DNA of 64,000 bases from Arthrobacter sp. (GCF_030540645.1 NZ_JAUNVV010000001.1:3731-67730), one strand, 5' to 3'. Positions 1 to 10,171 are shown, counted from the first letter of the stretch. Notes: generated by a model from the letters alone, not told the origin. Numbers and translations: made by a program.

Positions 1-150
1 GCCACTGCCCAGGATGATGCCCAACAGCGACAGCACCACGAAGGCCACGGCACAGAGCAGCCAGAACCGGTACTTCTTCCACCAGCGGGAAGTGCGCACG
101 GTAGTGCTGGAGTCCTCTGCCCGGAAAACGAGCGCCGTGGGAGCGCTCAT
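1..150 (-). CDS. N-terminal fragment of a membrane-anchored protein that continues off the left edge. Probably the DUF4350-type member of a MoxR/DUF58-associated cluster.
   Basis: The ATG at 150-148 (minus) overlaps the TGA of the upstream gene (ATGA coupling). Hand translation MSAPTALVFRAEDSSTTVRTSRWWKKYRFWLLCAVAFVVLSLLGIILGS shows a basic stretch followed by one TM helix. The family guess rests only on its position after a DUF4129-like gene. Confidence 0.45.
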   Translation of the reverse strand, partial: MSAPTALVFRAEDSSTTVRTSRWWKKYRFWLLCAVAFVVLSLLGIILGSG

Positions 151-821
151 GGCTGCACCGCCGCGAACACTTCGCCATACCTCGGTGAGGTTGCGGACAC
201 TGCCTGGTCCGTGTCAACCAGTTCCGCAAACATGGCCGAGGTGGGCGGTACCTGCCCGTAGCGCACAGCATTGAACAAGTCCGCGCCATGCCGCAGTGCC
301 AGCTTGTGGGCGGGGAAGGCCCGCTCCAGGTCAGCGGTTATCTCCACTGCTGTACGGCCGAGCGCTGGAACGATCACATCGCGTTCCTCGGCCGCACGGA
401 CGATGGCGCGGAACTGTTCACGCAGAGCCGTGCTGAAGTCAGCCGCATGGGCTGCCGCCTGAGCCAGCTTACGGTGCTGCTCCGCCGTCATGACATGGTC
501 GTTTTCAAACACGGCAGCGGTGGCGGACTTTCGGCGGTTCAGTTGCGGCCTGACAAAGAAGATGATGACGGCAACGGCCAGCAACACCACACCAATCGCA
601 ATGGCGAGCCCCGCAGTTCCATCCACCGCGCCCACCGAATTGATGAGTTCGTCCCACACCTTCTGGAGCAGGGCAAGGATTTGTTCTGCAAAGCCCGGCT
701 TGGCGTCTTGATACACCTGCTGGGCAAGCTCGTCCTGAGCCCACTGCCGGGCTTCGTCCGAACCGGGCGCAAGCGGGACCTCGGCAAGGTGCAGTGGCGG
801 CCAAAATGGTGTCAATGCCAT
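147..821 (-). CDS. DUF4129-like membrane protein
   Basis: 224-aa ORF. It has an N-terminal PPLxxxxDEARQWAQDELAQQVYQDAKP motif, one central TM helix (LAIAIGVVLLAVAVIIFFV) and a C-terminal helical domain. Its stop is coupled to the next gene. Confidence 0.65.
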   Translation of the reverse strand: MALTPFWPPLHLAEVPLAPGSDEARQWAQDELAQQVYQDAKPGFAEQILALLQKVWDELINSVGAVDGTAGLAIAIGVVLLAVAVIIFFVRPQLNRRKSATAAVFENDHVMTAEQHRKLAQAAAHAADFSTALREQFRAIVRAAEERDVIVPALGRTAVEITADLERAFPAHKLALRHGADLFNAVRYGQVPPTSAMFAELVDTDQAVSATSPRYGEVFAAVQP

Positions 822-833
822 CAGCGAGGATGC

Positions 834-2216
834 CTATTGTCCATAGTTTCCGGGCTGCTGCGTGTAGGACTCCGGTCCCGTTGGAAAGGCTCCCGGTACC
901 AAGGTGCCGGGTACGGGGGAGCCGGGGATCCCGCCGTCGTCCTTCCCCGTCTCAGATTCCTTCAGCAAGGCAATGTCGAAGCCGTCGCGGCGCATGCGCA
1001 GGTCCACGTAAATGAGTGCCATTACACCGGCTTGGAACGCCAAAGTCACGGCTCCGACGATGGCGCCAACAACCCCGGAGATGGCTTGCACGATCAACAA
1101 CTGGGTAATGGCCTGTTCGGGTGTGGGGTTGGCACCGAGCAACATGGGCATGATGAGGCCGGCCAGGAAACTCACGGGGGTGGTGATGATCCCGGCGATG
1201 ACGCCAGCGATGATGGCGGCCAGGATCGAGGTGCCGAACGTCCTCCAAAAGTTGTTCCTGGTCAGCTGCCACGAACGCTTGATGCCGGCGATGGCGCCAA
1301 GGTTCTCCACGACGATCGCGGCAGGGGCGAGGAGCACCTTCGTGCCGATCCATACACCGAGCGCAAGAAACGGCAGGCTCAGCCCGACGGCAAGGGCGAC
1401 GGCGCCGAGAACTCCGCCAGCGGTGTTGTCCAGCAGGCCCATGGCCAGGAAAAGGGCCACGAGTATGCCGGTGAACACGAGTATGGCCAGCAGGGTTGCC
1501 ACGGCGTAGAGGATGGCGAGCAGGAGCAGGCTGCCGACCCGCGGCCGGGTGAGGTGCCACATTTGTCCGAAGCTGGTTTTTCGGTTGAGCACGGCGCGCA
1601 GCACCGGCACGACAAGTGCGCCCTGCAGGACCATCTGGATGATGACGGCGAGAAACGATGCCAGCAAAATGGACACCGAGAAGGAGATAAGTCCGCTGCC
1701 CAGTGCTTCCATGGCTGCCGGATCGGACTCGTTGAACGTGTTCGGATCCATCCCGAACACGTCGGAGAGGAATCTGCCAAGCGTCAAAAACATGACGAGC
1801 AGTGTCAACGCGGTGGTGGCCAGCTGGAAGATCAGGGCCGAACCGAACATTGCCTTGCCATTGCGCCGCGCGGCCTGGAAAGCGCCGTCAAGGATCTCGC
1901 CCAGACCGAGTGGGCGCAATGGGATCACGCCTGGCTTGGGTGGAGCCACATAGTTCGTGAAACCGGACGCCATGCCAGGCTGACCGTATTGCCCCCACTG
2001 CGGTTGTTGAGGTTGCTGCGACTGTTGTGGTTGGGCGAATTGCCCCCACTGAGGTTGCTGTGGTTGCTGTGGTTGGGCGAACTGGCCCCACTGGGGTGGC
2101 TGCGGCTGGCCGTATGTGGGCTGCTGCTGGGGTTCCTGACGGGGCAGCTGCTGGCCAGCGTGGTTGTTCCCGCCCTCCGGCTCGGCTGGTGGTTGCTGCG
2201 GTTCCTGCGTCATCAT
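834..2216 (-). CDS. Polytopic membrane protein with a Gln/Pro-rich N-terminus, of the kind annotated as glycerophosphoryl diester phosphodiesterase membrane domain-containing or DUF975-like
   Basis: The ORF runs 834..2297. I prefer the ATG-ATG (MMTQEPQQ) at 2216 because GGGGAG lies just upstream. There are multiple TM helices after residue ~130, and the C-terminus is G/P-rich. Confidence 0.6.
   Translation of the reverse strand: MMTQEPQQPPAEPEGGNNHAGQQLPRQEPQQQPTYGQPQPPQWGQFAQPQQPQQPQWGQFAQPQQSQQPQQPQWGQYGQPGMASGFTNYVAPPKPGVIPLRPLGLGEILDGAFQAARRNGKAMFGSALIFQLATTALTLLVMFLTLGRFLSDVFGMDPNTFNESDPAAMEALGSGLISFSVSILLASFLAVIIQMVLQGALVVPVLRAVLNRKTSFGQMWHLTRPRVGSLLLLAILYAVATLLAILVFTGILVALFLAMGLLDNTAGGVLGAVALAVGLSLPFLALGVWIGTKVLLAPAAIVVENLGAIAGIKRSWQLTRNNFWRTFGTSILAAIIAGVIAGIITTPVSFLAGLIMPMLLGANPTPEQAITQLLIVQAISGVVGAIVGAVTLAFQAGVMALIYVDLRMRRDGFDIALLKESETGKDDGGIPGSPVPGTLVPGAFPTGPESYTQQPGNYGQ
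1988..2113 (-). repeat. Imperfect in-frame tandem repeat (about 42-51 bp units) encoding QPQ(Q)WGQFAQPQQ(P/S)QQP repeats
   Basis: Plus-strand units attgcccccactgNggttg...gtggttgggcga occur at ~1988 and ~2038, with a degenerate third copy at ~2081. The protein reads ...QPQPPQWGQFAQPQQPQQPQWGQFAQPQQSQQPQQPQWGQYGQPG... Confidence 0.8.
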
Positions 2217-2625
2217 GCTCCCCTGAAAGATTCCCCGAAAACGTACGCGGCACGCAAAAGCTGCTGGCGGGAGGCGGCTGTTCGAGCTCAACGTCAAGTT
2301 GCCGCCGTCGGCCGCGGACCAGACATCCTGCTGCGTCCTTCCTCAAACCCTATCGGGAAGATCCACATTTCCCCTGTGAATGCCCGGGCATTGCGGAAAG
2401 TAATGGTGGCGGGAGTCCGCGCGGGCCGCCATTGGAGCATCGAGTTTGCAGCAGTTGCCCATGTTGGGTGCTGGTATTGCCAGCTGCTCCCGTCTCGAAT
2501 TTGATCGGGCGGTTCCGACACCAGATACCGAAAAGCCCGCCTATTGCCGCGAGATATCTGCACTGGGCTGCCCCTGGTGGAGCGTCGATGCGGACAATGG
2601 AGCGCTAATAGGCAAATATAGATGT

Positions 2626-3300
2626 ATGAAGGCACGTATTTTAGTAGTTGACGATGACGAGGCATTGGCCGAGATGATTGGCATTGTGTTGCGCAATGAC
2701 GGGTTTGATCCCGTTTTTTGTGCTGACGGAGCCAAGGCGCTTGAAACTTTTCAGGCCCACAAGCCCGATCTGGTCCTGCTTGACTTGATGCTGCCGGGCA
2801 TGGACGGGATCGAGATTTGCCGGCTCATCCGTGTTGAGTCGGATGTGCCCATCGTGATGCTGACGGCCAAGTCGGACACCTCGGATGTGGTACGTGGCTT
2901 GGAAGCAGGCGCCGACGACTACGTGGCCAAGCCCTTTAAGCCTGCCGAACTGGTGGCGCGCGTTCGTGCACGCCTGCGTCCGGGCGACGTGAAGGCCCCG
3001 GAAACGCTGGTCATTGGGGAGATCAGCATCGATGTGGCCGGGCATGCGGTCCGCCGAGCTGGTGAGCGAATTTCACTGACGCCCCTTGAATTCGACCTCC
3101 TGGTTGCGCTTGCCCGCAAGCCGTGGCAGGTCTTCTCCCGCGAGCTCCTCCTCGAGCAGGTGTGGGGATACCGCCATGCTGCCGACACCCGCCTTGTCAA
3201 CGTGCATGTGCAGCGATTGCGTTCGAAGATTGAACGCGACCCGGAGGCACCCGAAGTGGTGCTGACCGTGCGCGGCGTTGGCTACAAGGCCGGGCAATAG
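2626..3300 (+). CDS. mtrA: OmpR-family response regulator MtrA
   Basis: ATG at 2626 (MKARILVVDDDEALAEMIGIVLRNDGFD...). Receiver plus winged-helix domains. Followed by mtrB and lpqB in the canonical actinobacterial order. Confidence 0.95.
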   Translation: MKARILVVDDDEALAEMIGIVLRNDGFDPVFCADGAKALETFQAHKPDLVLLDLMLPGMDGIEICRLIRVESDVPIVMLTAKSDTSDVVRGLEAGADDYVAKPFKPAELVARVRARLRPGDVKAPETLVIGEISIDVAGHAVRRAGERISLTPLEFDLLVALARKPWQVFSRELLLEQVWGYRHAADTRLVNVHVQRLRSKIERDPEAPEVVLTVRGVGYKAGQ

Positions 3301-3358
3301 GCTCCGGCTTTCTCGTGGATTGGGTTGCAGTTGATTCGGTTGCAGCGGTGAAGGGGCG

Positions 3359-5209
3359 ATGAACACGGTCAAATCCACGGACGACGGGGACGACGCGCCC
3401 ACGCGCCCTTCCGCCGCAGCCTCGGCTGTCGCCGTGGTCAGGAAGGCTTGTCTCACAGCTGGCCGGGCTGTTCGCCGCACCGCCCGCCGGTTCAGCGCTG
3501 GTTGGTCCATGCGCTGGCGCACCTCCTTGCAATTCAGGACGGTGGCTACGACGTTGCTGATTGCCTCGGTGGCAGTGGTGGGCGTTGGTGGGTACCTTGC
3601 TGGGCAGATTTCCAGCGGGCTGTTCAAGGAACGGCTGGTCCAAGCGCAACATGAATCGGCGCGTGGCACCACCCAGGTGCAGGAGAACTTTGCCAATGCG
3701 AGCCTCAGCGACCAGCCACGCGTGTCTACTTATGTCGTTGACACGCTGAAGCTGCTCGAAGTTGGGGGTGCTGACGACAACCGCAAGTACCTGATGGTCA
3801 AGATCCCCGGCCAGAACAGCAAACTGGCCGTGAGTTCCTCTGACTCCGGCGGCATTACCGCAGCCATCATTCCCGCTGAATTGCGCAAAGCGGTCCAGAA
3901 CAGCCCCGACGGCCAGTTCTGGCAGTCCATTGCCCTACCCACGGGCAGCGCAGGCGTGCACCCGGCCGTGGTAGTGGGCAGCCAAGTTGAACTGCTGAAC
4001 ACCCGCTACGAGTTGTACATGATCTATGACCTCAACAGCGCCCAAGTGACACTGAACTACATACAGTCCGTCCTGTGGCTTGCCGGTGGCATCCTGCTTG
4101 TACTTATCGGTGTCATTGTTTGGTACGTGACCCGCACTGTTGTCAGCCCCGTCAGCCAAGCGGCGGCCGTGTCTGAGAAACTGGCCGCTGGCGAATTGGA
4201 AGAACGGATGGTGGTCACTGGGGAGGATGAGATGGCCAGACTTGCCACGTCCTTCAATAAAATGGCCACATCGCTCCAGGACCAGATCATGGCGCTGGCC
4301 ACACTTTCGGACATGCAACAGCGTTTCGTCTCTGACGTGTCCCATGAATTACGCACGCCTTTAACCACTGTGCGCATGGCGGCGGAGGTCCTCTATGACG
4401 CCCGCGAGGACTTTGACCCCATCAACAAGCGCTCCTCTGAACTGCTCTTCCATCAGGTGGAGCGCTTTGAACTGCTCCTTGCGGATCTGCTGGAGATCTC
4501 CAGATTCGACGCGGGAGTGGCCGACCTTGACGTGGAGTCACTGGATATTTTCTCGGTGATCCATTCCGCAATCGACGGCGCAGCCCCGGTCGCTGAGGCC
4601 AACTCAACAGTTGTTTCGGTGGTGACCAGGTTGCGCAACAAAAAGTGCGTGGTGGAGATGGATTCACGCCGGATCGACAGAATCCTGCGCAACCTCGTGT
4701 TCAACGCCGTCGAGCACAGTGAAGGCAAGCCTGTGAAGATCTTTGTTTCCGCCGATGAAAACGCTGTTGCCGTGGCCGTGCGTGACTACGGAATAGGCAT
4801 GTCAGCCGACTCAGTCGAGCATGTCTTTGATAGGTTCTGGCGCGCCGACTCCGCCCGGGCCCGCACCACTGGCGGCAGCGGGTTGGGGCTGTCGATCGCC
4901 ATGGAGGATGCCAAGCTGCACAACGGCTGGCTGGATGCTTGGGGCGTTCCTGGTGAAGGCTCCTGTTTCCGTCTGACACTGCCACGGCACCGAGGCACAG
5001 TGCTGGAGCACTCACCCGTGCCGCTGCCTCCCGACGGCGGGAAGGCTGGCGAAGCAAGCTCACCCTCTACCGGGTCCTTGCTGATGAACACCGGAGCGAT
5101 GGGCGTGGTCGGGGCGTTGGGTGCACTGAAATCCACACTTGCCCACGATCCGGGCAGCGCCAGCGGAAACAACCCGGAAACCGGCAGCGCCGACAAGGTG
5201 GAACAGTGA
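3359..5209 (+). CDS. mtrB: Sensor histidine kinase MtrB
   Basis: 616 aa with two TM helices, a HAMP region, the H-box FVSDVSHELRTPLT, and N/G boxes (RNLVFNAVEH, DYGIGM, GGSGLGLSI). The start could be a later in-frame codon. Confidence 0.9.
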   Translation: MNTVKSTDDGDDAPTRPSAAASAVAVVRKACLTAGRAVRRTARRFSAGWSMRWRTSLQFRTVATTLLIASVAVVGVGGYLAGQISSGLFKERLVQAQHESARGTTQVQENFANASLSDQPRVSTYVVDTLKLLEVGGADDNRKYLMVKIPGQNSKLAVSSSDSGGITAAIIPAELRKAVQNSPDGQFWQSIALPTGSAGVHPAVVVGSQVELLNTRYELYMIYDLNSAQVTLNYIQSVLWLAGGILLVLIGVIVWYVTRTVVSPVSQAAAVSEKLAAGELEERMVVTGEDEMARLATSFNKMATSLQDQIMALATLSDMQQRFVSDVSHELRTPLTTVRMAAEVLYDAREDFDPINKRSSELLFHQVERFELLLADLLEISRFDAGVADLDVESLDIFSVIHSAIDGAAPVAEANSTVVSVVTRLRNKKCVVEMDSRRIDRILRNLVFNAVEHSEGKPVKIFVSADENAVAVAVRDYGIGMSADSVEHVFDRFWRADSARARTTGGSGLGLSIAMEDAKLHNGWLDAWGVPGEGSCFRLTLPRHRGTVLEHSPVPLPPDGGKAGEASSPSTGSLLMNTGAMGVVGALGALKSTLAHDPGSASGNNPETGSADKVEQ

Positions 5210-6963
5210 TGGTTTTCTTGGACGAAACCCCTTCTCGGCGTCCTCGAGCCACAACATGGCGAAACGGGACGCTTGCCGCGTGGGTGATGGCCGTCGTCGT
5301 ACTTCTGGTGGTAGCCGGATGCGCCGCGATTCCCACCTCCGGACCAGTGGGAAAAAGTGACCCCATGGGGCCGCGCGACAACTCAGTCAACATCAACTTT
5401 CAGCAGTTCTCCCCTGTGGATGGCGCCTCGGCTGAGAGCATCGTCAGCGGTTTTGTCGACTCCGGCACCGGCATCAACGACGACTTTCAGGTAGCGCGGC
5501 AGTACCTGACGCCGGGGCTGGCACAGTCGTGGGCGCCGGATCAGCGCACGCTGGTTTACAAGGACGCTTTTGCGGTGACGCCTGCGAAGGCCAAGGACAC
5601 CTTCGAGGTGAAATTTGACGTGGTCTCTACGGTGGATGCCTCCGGGGTGCTGACCCCGGCCAAGAGTGGTGCGAGTGAAACGTTCACCATGAAGGTGGTG
5701 CAGGTAGATGGCCAGTGGCGGATTTCTGATGCGCCCGACGGCGTGATGCTCAGCGAAGCGACGTTCCAGACACTGTTCAGCCCGTTTTCGCTGTACTTTT
5801 ACGACCCCACGTTTACTTATGGTGTCCCCGACGTCAGGTGGCTGACCGGGCGTTCCTCACGCACATCCACGGCCATTGTGAAGGCCATGTTGGGTGGACC
5901 TGCTCCTTATTTGAAGGGGGCCGTGGTCAGTGCATTCCCCAACGGGATAACCCTTGAACGCGAATCCGTGCCGGTCAACAACGGCTTGGCCAAGGTGGGC
6001 CTGACAGCGCAGCCACTGCTGGAAACGAGCGTGAAGCAGCGTCAGCAAATGCATGCGCAACTGCTCGTGACGTTGCAAAAGGCCCTCAACACCGTCACAG
6101 GTGTGCAGTTCTTGGCTGACGACCGTGAAGTGGACATGGGTGGCGCGGCGGATTCCGTCAAGCCCATGATCATTGACAACGTGGTTCCACCCACCCAGGT
6201 TGCCTTGGCCAAGAATGAGCTTGTCACCTTCGATGGGACGAAGATTGCGGCGATTCCCAAGATGGCTTCCGTGGCGAGTCTGCAACCTGCCGTGCCAGCT
6301 ATTTCATACTCTGGGCAGAACTTTGCCTTCCTCGCCGGGGAAGGGAATCAGATCTATTCGGTGGTTCCTGGTGGGAGACCTGAACTTGCCATTTCCGGAG
6401 TGGCGTTGACTCCGCCGTCCTTCGCCCCGGATGGTTGGCTGTGGTCGGCCGCAGGGGACGGCTCAGGGATGGTGATCGCCATTAACCCGAACGACGGCGG
6501 GAAGCTGGGTGCCCCTGTTGTCTTGACGATTCCGTGGCTGGTGGGGCGGGAGGTGACCACGTTGAGAATTTCACGTGACGGCACCAGGGCACTGGTGATG
6601 TCACATACCAATGGGTCGAATCTGGTCAGCCTGACGGGCGTTTTTAAGTCCGCCGGAATTCCCAAGGAACTAACGCCTCCATTGAGCCTGACCCATACAG
6701 GAACTCCCACATTGGGCGTATGGGAGGGGGCGACAGGCGTTGCAGTGATGGCACCCTCGGACACGGCTCCGGTCAGCATACAGATCCTGGACCTGGCGAG
6801 GGCACCAGTAAAAATGGACGAACTTCCCGGCTTGCAATGGTTGAGCGCCGGCTCCGGAGCACGAAACATCAACGCCCAAACCTTTTCGGACTTCTACACG
6901 AACGCGGGCAACAACTGGGAATTGGTCGCCAAGGAGCTCAAGCAGGCTTCTTTCGCGGGATAG
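5206..6963 (+). CDS. lpqB: Lipoprotein LpqB, the MtrAB accessory protein
   Basis: The start overlaps the mtrB stop (GTGATG). Lipobox LLVVAGC. 585 aa, in the conserved position after mtrB. Confidence 0.9.
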   Translation: MMVFLDETPSRRPRATTWRNGTLAAWVMAVVVLLVVAGCAAIPTSGPVGKSDPMGPRDNSVNINFQQFSPVDGASAESIVSGFVDSGTGINDDFQVARQYLTPGLAQSWAPDQRTLVYKDAFAVTPAKAKDTFEVKFDVVSTVDASGVLTPAKSGASETFTMKVVQVDGQWRISDAPDGVMLSEATFQTLFSPFSLYFYDPTFTYGVPDVRWLTGRSSRTSTAIVKAMLGGPAPYLKGAVVSAFPNGITLERESVPVNNGLAKVGLTAQPLLETSVKQRQQMHAQLLVTLQKALNTVTGVQFLADDREVDMGGAADSVKPMIIDNVVPPTQVALAKNELVTFDGTKIAAIPKMASVASLQPAVPAISYSGQNFAFLAGEGNQIYSVVPGGRPELAISGVALTPPSFAPDGWLWSAAGDGSGMVIAINPNDGGKLGAPVVLTIPWLVGREVTTLRISRDGTRALVMSHTNGSNLVSLTGVFKSAGIPKELTPPLSLTHTGTPTLGVWEGATGVAVMAPSDTAPVSIQILDLARAPVKMDELPGLQWLSAGSGARNINAQTFSDFYTNAGNNWELVAKELKQASFAG

Positions 6964-7104
6964 GAAACGATGCCGGCGATTGCCAGATAAGCAGACACCG
7001 TCCCACGCATGTTGGTTCCGGCACAGTAAGTGCTGGGCCCGTGGGCATCCACAATTCACTGGTGCGCCGCTGCCGGAGTGAGGCGCAGCGTCCATGCTGG
7101 AGAG

Positions 7105-8040
7105 ATGAACAACGGCGATGCCGATGCAGGAAGCAGCGGGGCAGAGGTGCCTATACGCCCATGGCAGCGGGCCCGGCACAGGGAGCGCCCACGCTCGCCG
7201 TGGCTGCAGCTGTGGAACTGGTGCGAAACCGCATGGCTGGACTTCCTGAACCTCGTCATGCCGGCTGAATGCGTGGGATGCGGGGCTGAGGACCAGACTT
7301 TGTGTCAGGAGTGCGCTACGGTGCTGCGCCGGCTGACATGTTCACCGTTCCGGGCCGAGTTGGCCGCAGAGGCGCTGGTGGGCGTCGCTGGGGAGTCCCA
7401 TTTACCCGTCGTGGCGGCAGGGGAATACCGGGATGCGCTGGCTTCTGGCATCCTGGCCTTTAAAAACCACGGGCGGACGGAGCTTTGCCTCCCGCTTGGA
7501 AGGGTGCTGGCCCGCGCACTGACCGCTGCCCTGGCCGAACTGCCCGGAAGATCTCCGCTGTCAGGATCCTCATTGTGGCTTGTGCCAATACCCAGCACGG
7601 GCAGCGGCTGGCGCCGACGCGGCTACGACCCGGTCGCCATGATCCTGCGGGCGCTAGTTCGGGAAGGACGGATGCCGGAAGGAGTGGAAATTGTGCCGGT
7701 TCTGGCCGTTCGCGCAAGACTGCCTTGGAACCGAAAACATCAAAAGGCGCTGGGGCGGGCCGGCCGGAGACGCAACGTGCACAACACCAGGAGAAATAGG
7801 CGGCGCAGCTGGGGGAGCACTCGGCTCAAAGCGAATCCGCGAGGACAACTGGTGCTGTTGGTGGATGATGTCCTCACCACGGGCGCCACGTTGCGTGAAG
7901 GGGCCAAAACGCTGACAGAATCAGGGTTTCGAGTGTGTGGGGCAGTGGTTCTAGCTGCCGCCAGGGCACCAGAGAAGTGCCATGAAAATGACGACGAAAA
8001 AGGACGCGCGGAAAATTCTTTTCGGTCAAAAGGTGAATAA
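7105..8040 (+). CDS. ComF-family phosphoribosyltransferase-domain protein
   Basis: N-terminal double CxxC (CVGCG...CQEC) and a C-terminal PRTase motif VLLVDDVLTTGATL. The ORF opens at 7030, and the true start between 7030 and ~7200 is uncertain. Confidence 0.7.
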   Translation: MNNGDADAGSSGAEVPIRPWQRARHRERPRSPWLQLWNWCETAWLDFLNLVMPAECVGCGAEDQTLCQECATVLRRLTCSPFRAELAAEALVGVAGESHLPVVAAGEYRDALASGILAFKNHGRTELCLPLGRVLARALTAALAELPGRSPLSGSSLWLVPIPSTGSGWRRRGYDPVAMILRALVREGRMPEGVEIVPVLAVRARLPWNRKHQKALGRAGRRRNVHNTRRNRRRSWGSTRLKANPRGQLVLLVDDVLTTGATLREGAKTLTESGFRVCGAVVLAAARAPEKCHENDDEKGRAENSFRSKGE

Positions 8041-8166
8041 ATTGGTTCGGTGAACTAACGTGAGTAAACGGGTACCTCTTCCAAGAGGAAACCGCCCGTC
8101 GGCGGTCAAAAAAGCTGCAACTGTGACAGTTGGCCGCCGTGTCACCGAAGTTATTTGGAGGGCACC

Positions 8167-8862
8167 ATGGAGTTCATGATCACCGGCCGCAACCTGAGTG
8201 TTTCGGACCGATTCCGCGAGTATGCAGGCGAGAAGCTCACAAAGATCGAGCAGTTGGCCAACAAGGTCCAGCGCGTCGACGTGAAGGTTTCCAAGGACAG
8301 CAAGGCCCGCACCGCAGACGCTCCACTTACTGTTGAGTTGACGGTTCTCGGACGGGGTCCTGTGATCCGCGCCGAAGCAGCAGCATCAGACAAATTTGCA
8401 GCTTTTGATCTGGCCTACGGGAAGCTGCTTGAGCGGCTCCGCCGGGCCAAGGACAAGAAGAAGGTCCACCACGGCAGGCATGCTCCCGTGGCTGTCAACG
8501 AGGCCACCGGGTCACTGACCCCGGTCAGCAGCACCGAGCCGATCTACGCCCAGAAGGCAGAAGAGACGGCCCCGGAAACCACACCCTACGACATCGAGAA
8601 CGACATCCCCGCTGGCGATTCCCCTGTGCTGATCCGCCGCAAGGTCTTCGCGGCCACACCGTTGACCCTGGATGACGCCGTGGACAACATGGAAATGGTG
8701 GGACACGACTTCTACCTTTTCATCGACTCCGCAACCGGCATCCCGTCCGTGGTGTACCGCCGCAAGGGCTGGACCTACGGTGTCATTTCCTTGGATGAAA
8801 ACGCAGCTGAGGGCGAAGAGATCTCCGCCTACCGTTCAGTGGATGAGCCTGCTCGCGTTTAG
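8167..8862 (+). CDS. hpf: Long-form ribosome hibernation promoting factor
   Basis: ATG at 8167 is preceded by GGAGGG at a 5-nt spacing. MEFMITGRNLSVSDRFREYAGEKL is typical of the HPF/YfiA N-domain. The C-terminal dimerisation domain is present (HDFYLFID...VVYRRKGWTYGVI). Confidence 0.9.
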   Translation: MEFMITGRNLSVSDRFREYAGEKLTKIEQLANKVQRVDVKVSKDSKARTADAPLTVELTVLGRGPVIRAEAAASDKFAAFDLAYGKLLERLRRAKDKKKVHHGRHAPVAVNEATGSLTPVSSTEPIYAQKAEETAPETTPYDIENDIPAGDSPVLIRRKVFAATPLTLDDAVDNMEMVGHDFYLFIDSATGIPSVVYRRKGWTYGVISLDENAAEGEEISAYRSVDEPARV

Positions 8863-8873
8863 TTGCAACCACT

Positions 8874-8928
8874 AACGACGTCGGCACTTGGGCGAAGGGG
8901 AGATCCCCACCCAAGTGCCGGCGTCGTT
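8874..8928. terminator. Long hairpin between the convergent hpf and MFS genes; a likely bidirectional terminator
   Basis: The arms aacgacgtcggcacttggg and cccaagtgccggcgtcgtt form about 18-19 bp with one G-U pair. An inner GGGG/CCCC extension lengthens the stem. Confidence 0.6.
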
Positions 8929-8941
8929 CTCGTTAAGGCCC

Positions 8942-10171
8942 TTACACGCCTGCGGGTTCATGGGAGACAAGGAACTTGCGTCCGCCAACAATCACCCCGG
9001 CGCTGATCACCACCATGGCTGCGGCTACGTAAAACGTGATTGAGGCGTTGCTGTGCTCGGCAATCTGCGCAGCCAGGAAGGGCGCCAGGGCCCCGCCCAT
9101 CCACCGCACAAAGTTGTAACCGGCGCTGGCAACGGGACGGGGGGAGTCAGAGACGGCCATGGCCATTTCCGTGAAGAGCGTGTTGTTGATGCCCAGCAAT
9201 GCTCCAGAAACAACAGTCAGCACCACTACGGTGGTGACCGAGTGTCCGGCGGCCATGGCCATGCCCACCAAGAGCACTGCCAAACCCAGCAATGATGCAG
9301 TCAGGGCGCCAACGGCACCAAAGCGACGCTGGACGATCGGGGCCACAAAGACGGAGAACACGGCGACCGCCACGCCCCAGCCAAAGAACACCGCGCCAAT
9401 GCCGTAGGCATCAAACCCGAGGATGAACGGCACAAAAGCCAAGATGGTGAAGAAGCCATAATTGTAGAACAGGGCACTACCGGCAGTGGTGCGAAGTCCC
9501 TTGTGGCCCAGCGCCACCAAGGGGTCGCGCAGCCTGGTCCGCACGGCCGGCGGCTGGGTTTTGGGCAAGAGAATCATAATGAGGATGAAGGCAATGGCCA
9601 TGGCGGCTGCGGTGCCAAAGAACGGTGCCTGCCACTTCCAGCCACCCAGCATGGCGCCCATCAGCGGGCCGAGGGACAATCCCAGTCCCAGCGCAGCTTC
9701 ATACAAGATGATCGCCGTGGCCGCGCCGCCGGAGGCAACACCCACCATAACGGCCAACGCTGTAGCCACGAACAGGGCGTTACCCAGCCCCCAACCTGCC
9801 CTGAATCCGACCAGTGCGTCAACTGTTCCGGAAAGTCCGGAGAGCGTTGCGAACACCACGATGATGGCCAGCCCAAACAGCAGGGTGCGCTTGCCGCCGA
9901 TGCGTGATGACACGTAACCGGTCACGAGCATGGCAATCGCGGTGATCAGGAAGTAGCTGGTAAACAGCAGTGACACTTGGCTGGGAGTGGCCTGCAGGTT
10001 GACGGCAATGGCCGGCAATATCGGGTCGACAAGTCCAATGCCCATGAACGCGAAGACGGATGCACCAGCAACGGCCCACACGGCCTTAGGCTGCTTCAGG
10101 ATCGAGCTCTTCTCCCTTGTCAGGGTTCGCGCCTCATCACTGGCCTTGAATTTTGTGGTGTTCGCTTGCAC
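8942..10171 (-). CDS. MFS transporter (drug/proton antiporter-like, 12 TM)
   Basis: The ORF runs to 10279. I prefer the GTG at 10171, which has AGGAG 5 nt upstream. The protein is hydrophobic throughout and lies downstream of a MarR gene on the same strand. Confidence 0.8.
   Translation of the reverse strand: MQANTTKFKASDEARTLTREKSSILKQPKAVWAVAGASVFAFMGIGLVDPILPAIAVNLQATPSQVSLLFTSYFLITAIAMLVTGYVSSRIGGKRTLLFGLAIIVVFATLSGLSGTVDALVGFRAGWGLGNALFVATALAVMVGVASGGAATAIILYEAALGLGLSLGPLMGAMLGGWKWQAPFFGTAAAMAIAFILIMILLPKTQPPAVRTRLRDPLVALGHKGLRTTAGSALFYNYGFFTILAFVPFILGFDAYGIGAVFFGWGVAVAVFSVFVAPIVQRRFGAVGALTASLLGLAVLLVGMAMAAGHSVTTVVVLTVVSGALLGINNTLFTEMAMAVSDSPRPVASAGYNFVRWMGGALAPFLAAQIAEHSNASITFYVAAAMVVISAGVIVGGRKFLVSHEPAGV

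Noticed and set aside
288-2504. 738-aa plus-strand ORF, the longest ORF in the first 3 kb
   Set aside because: It runs antisense across two convincing minus-strand genes. Its translation is low-complexity G/D/R/H-rich with no recognisable domain. This is a typical high-GC antisense artefact.
8075-8130. Three short hairpins in the comF-hpf intergenic region (cctctt/aagagg, accgcc/ggcggt, gtgaca/tgtcac) as a terminator or riboswitch
   Set aside because: The stems are only 6 bp. On the plus strand the middle one is followed by an A-run rather than a U-run, and no known leader motif was recognised. This is too weak to annotate.
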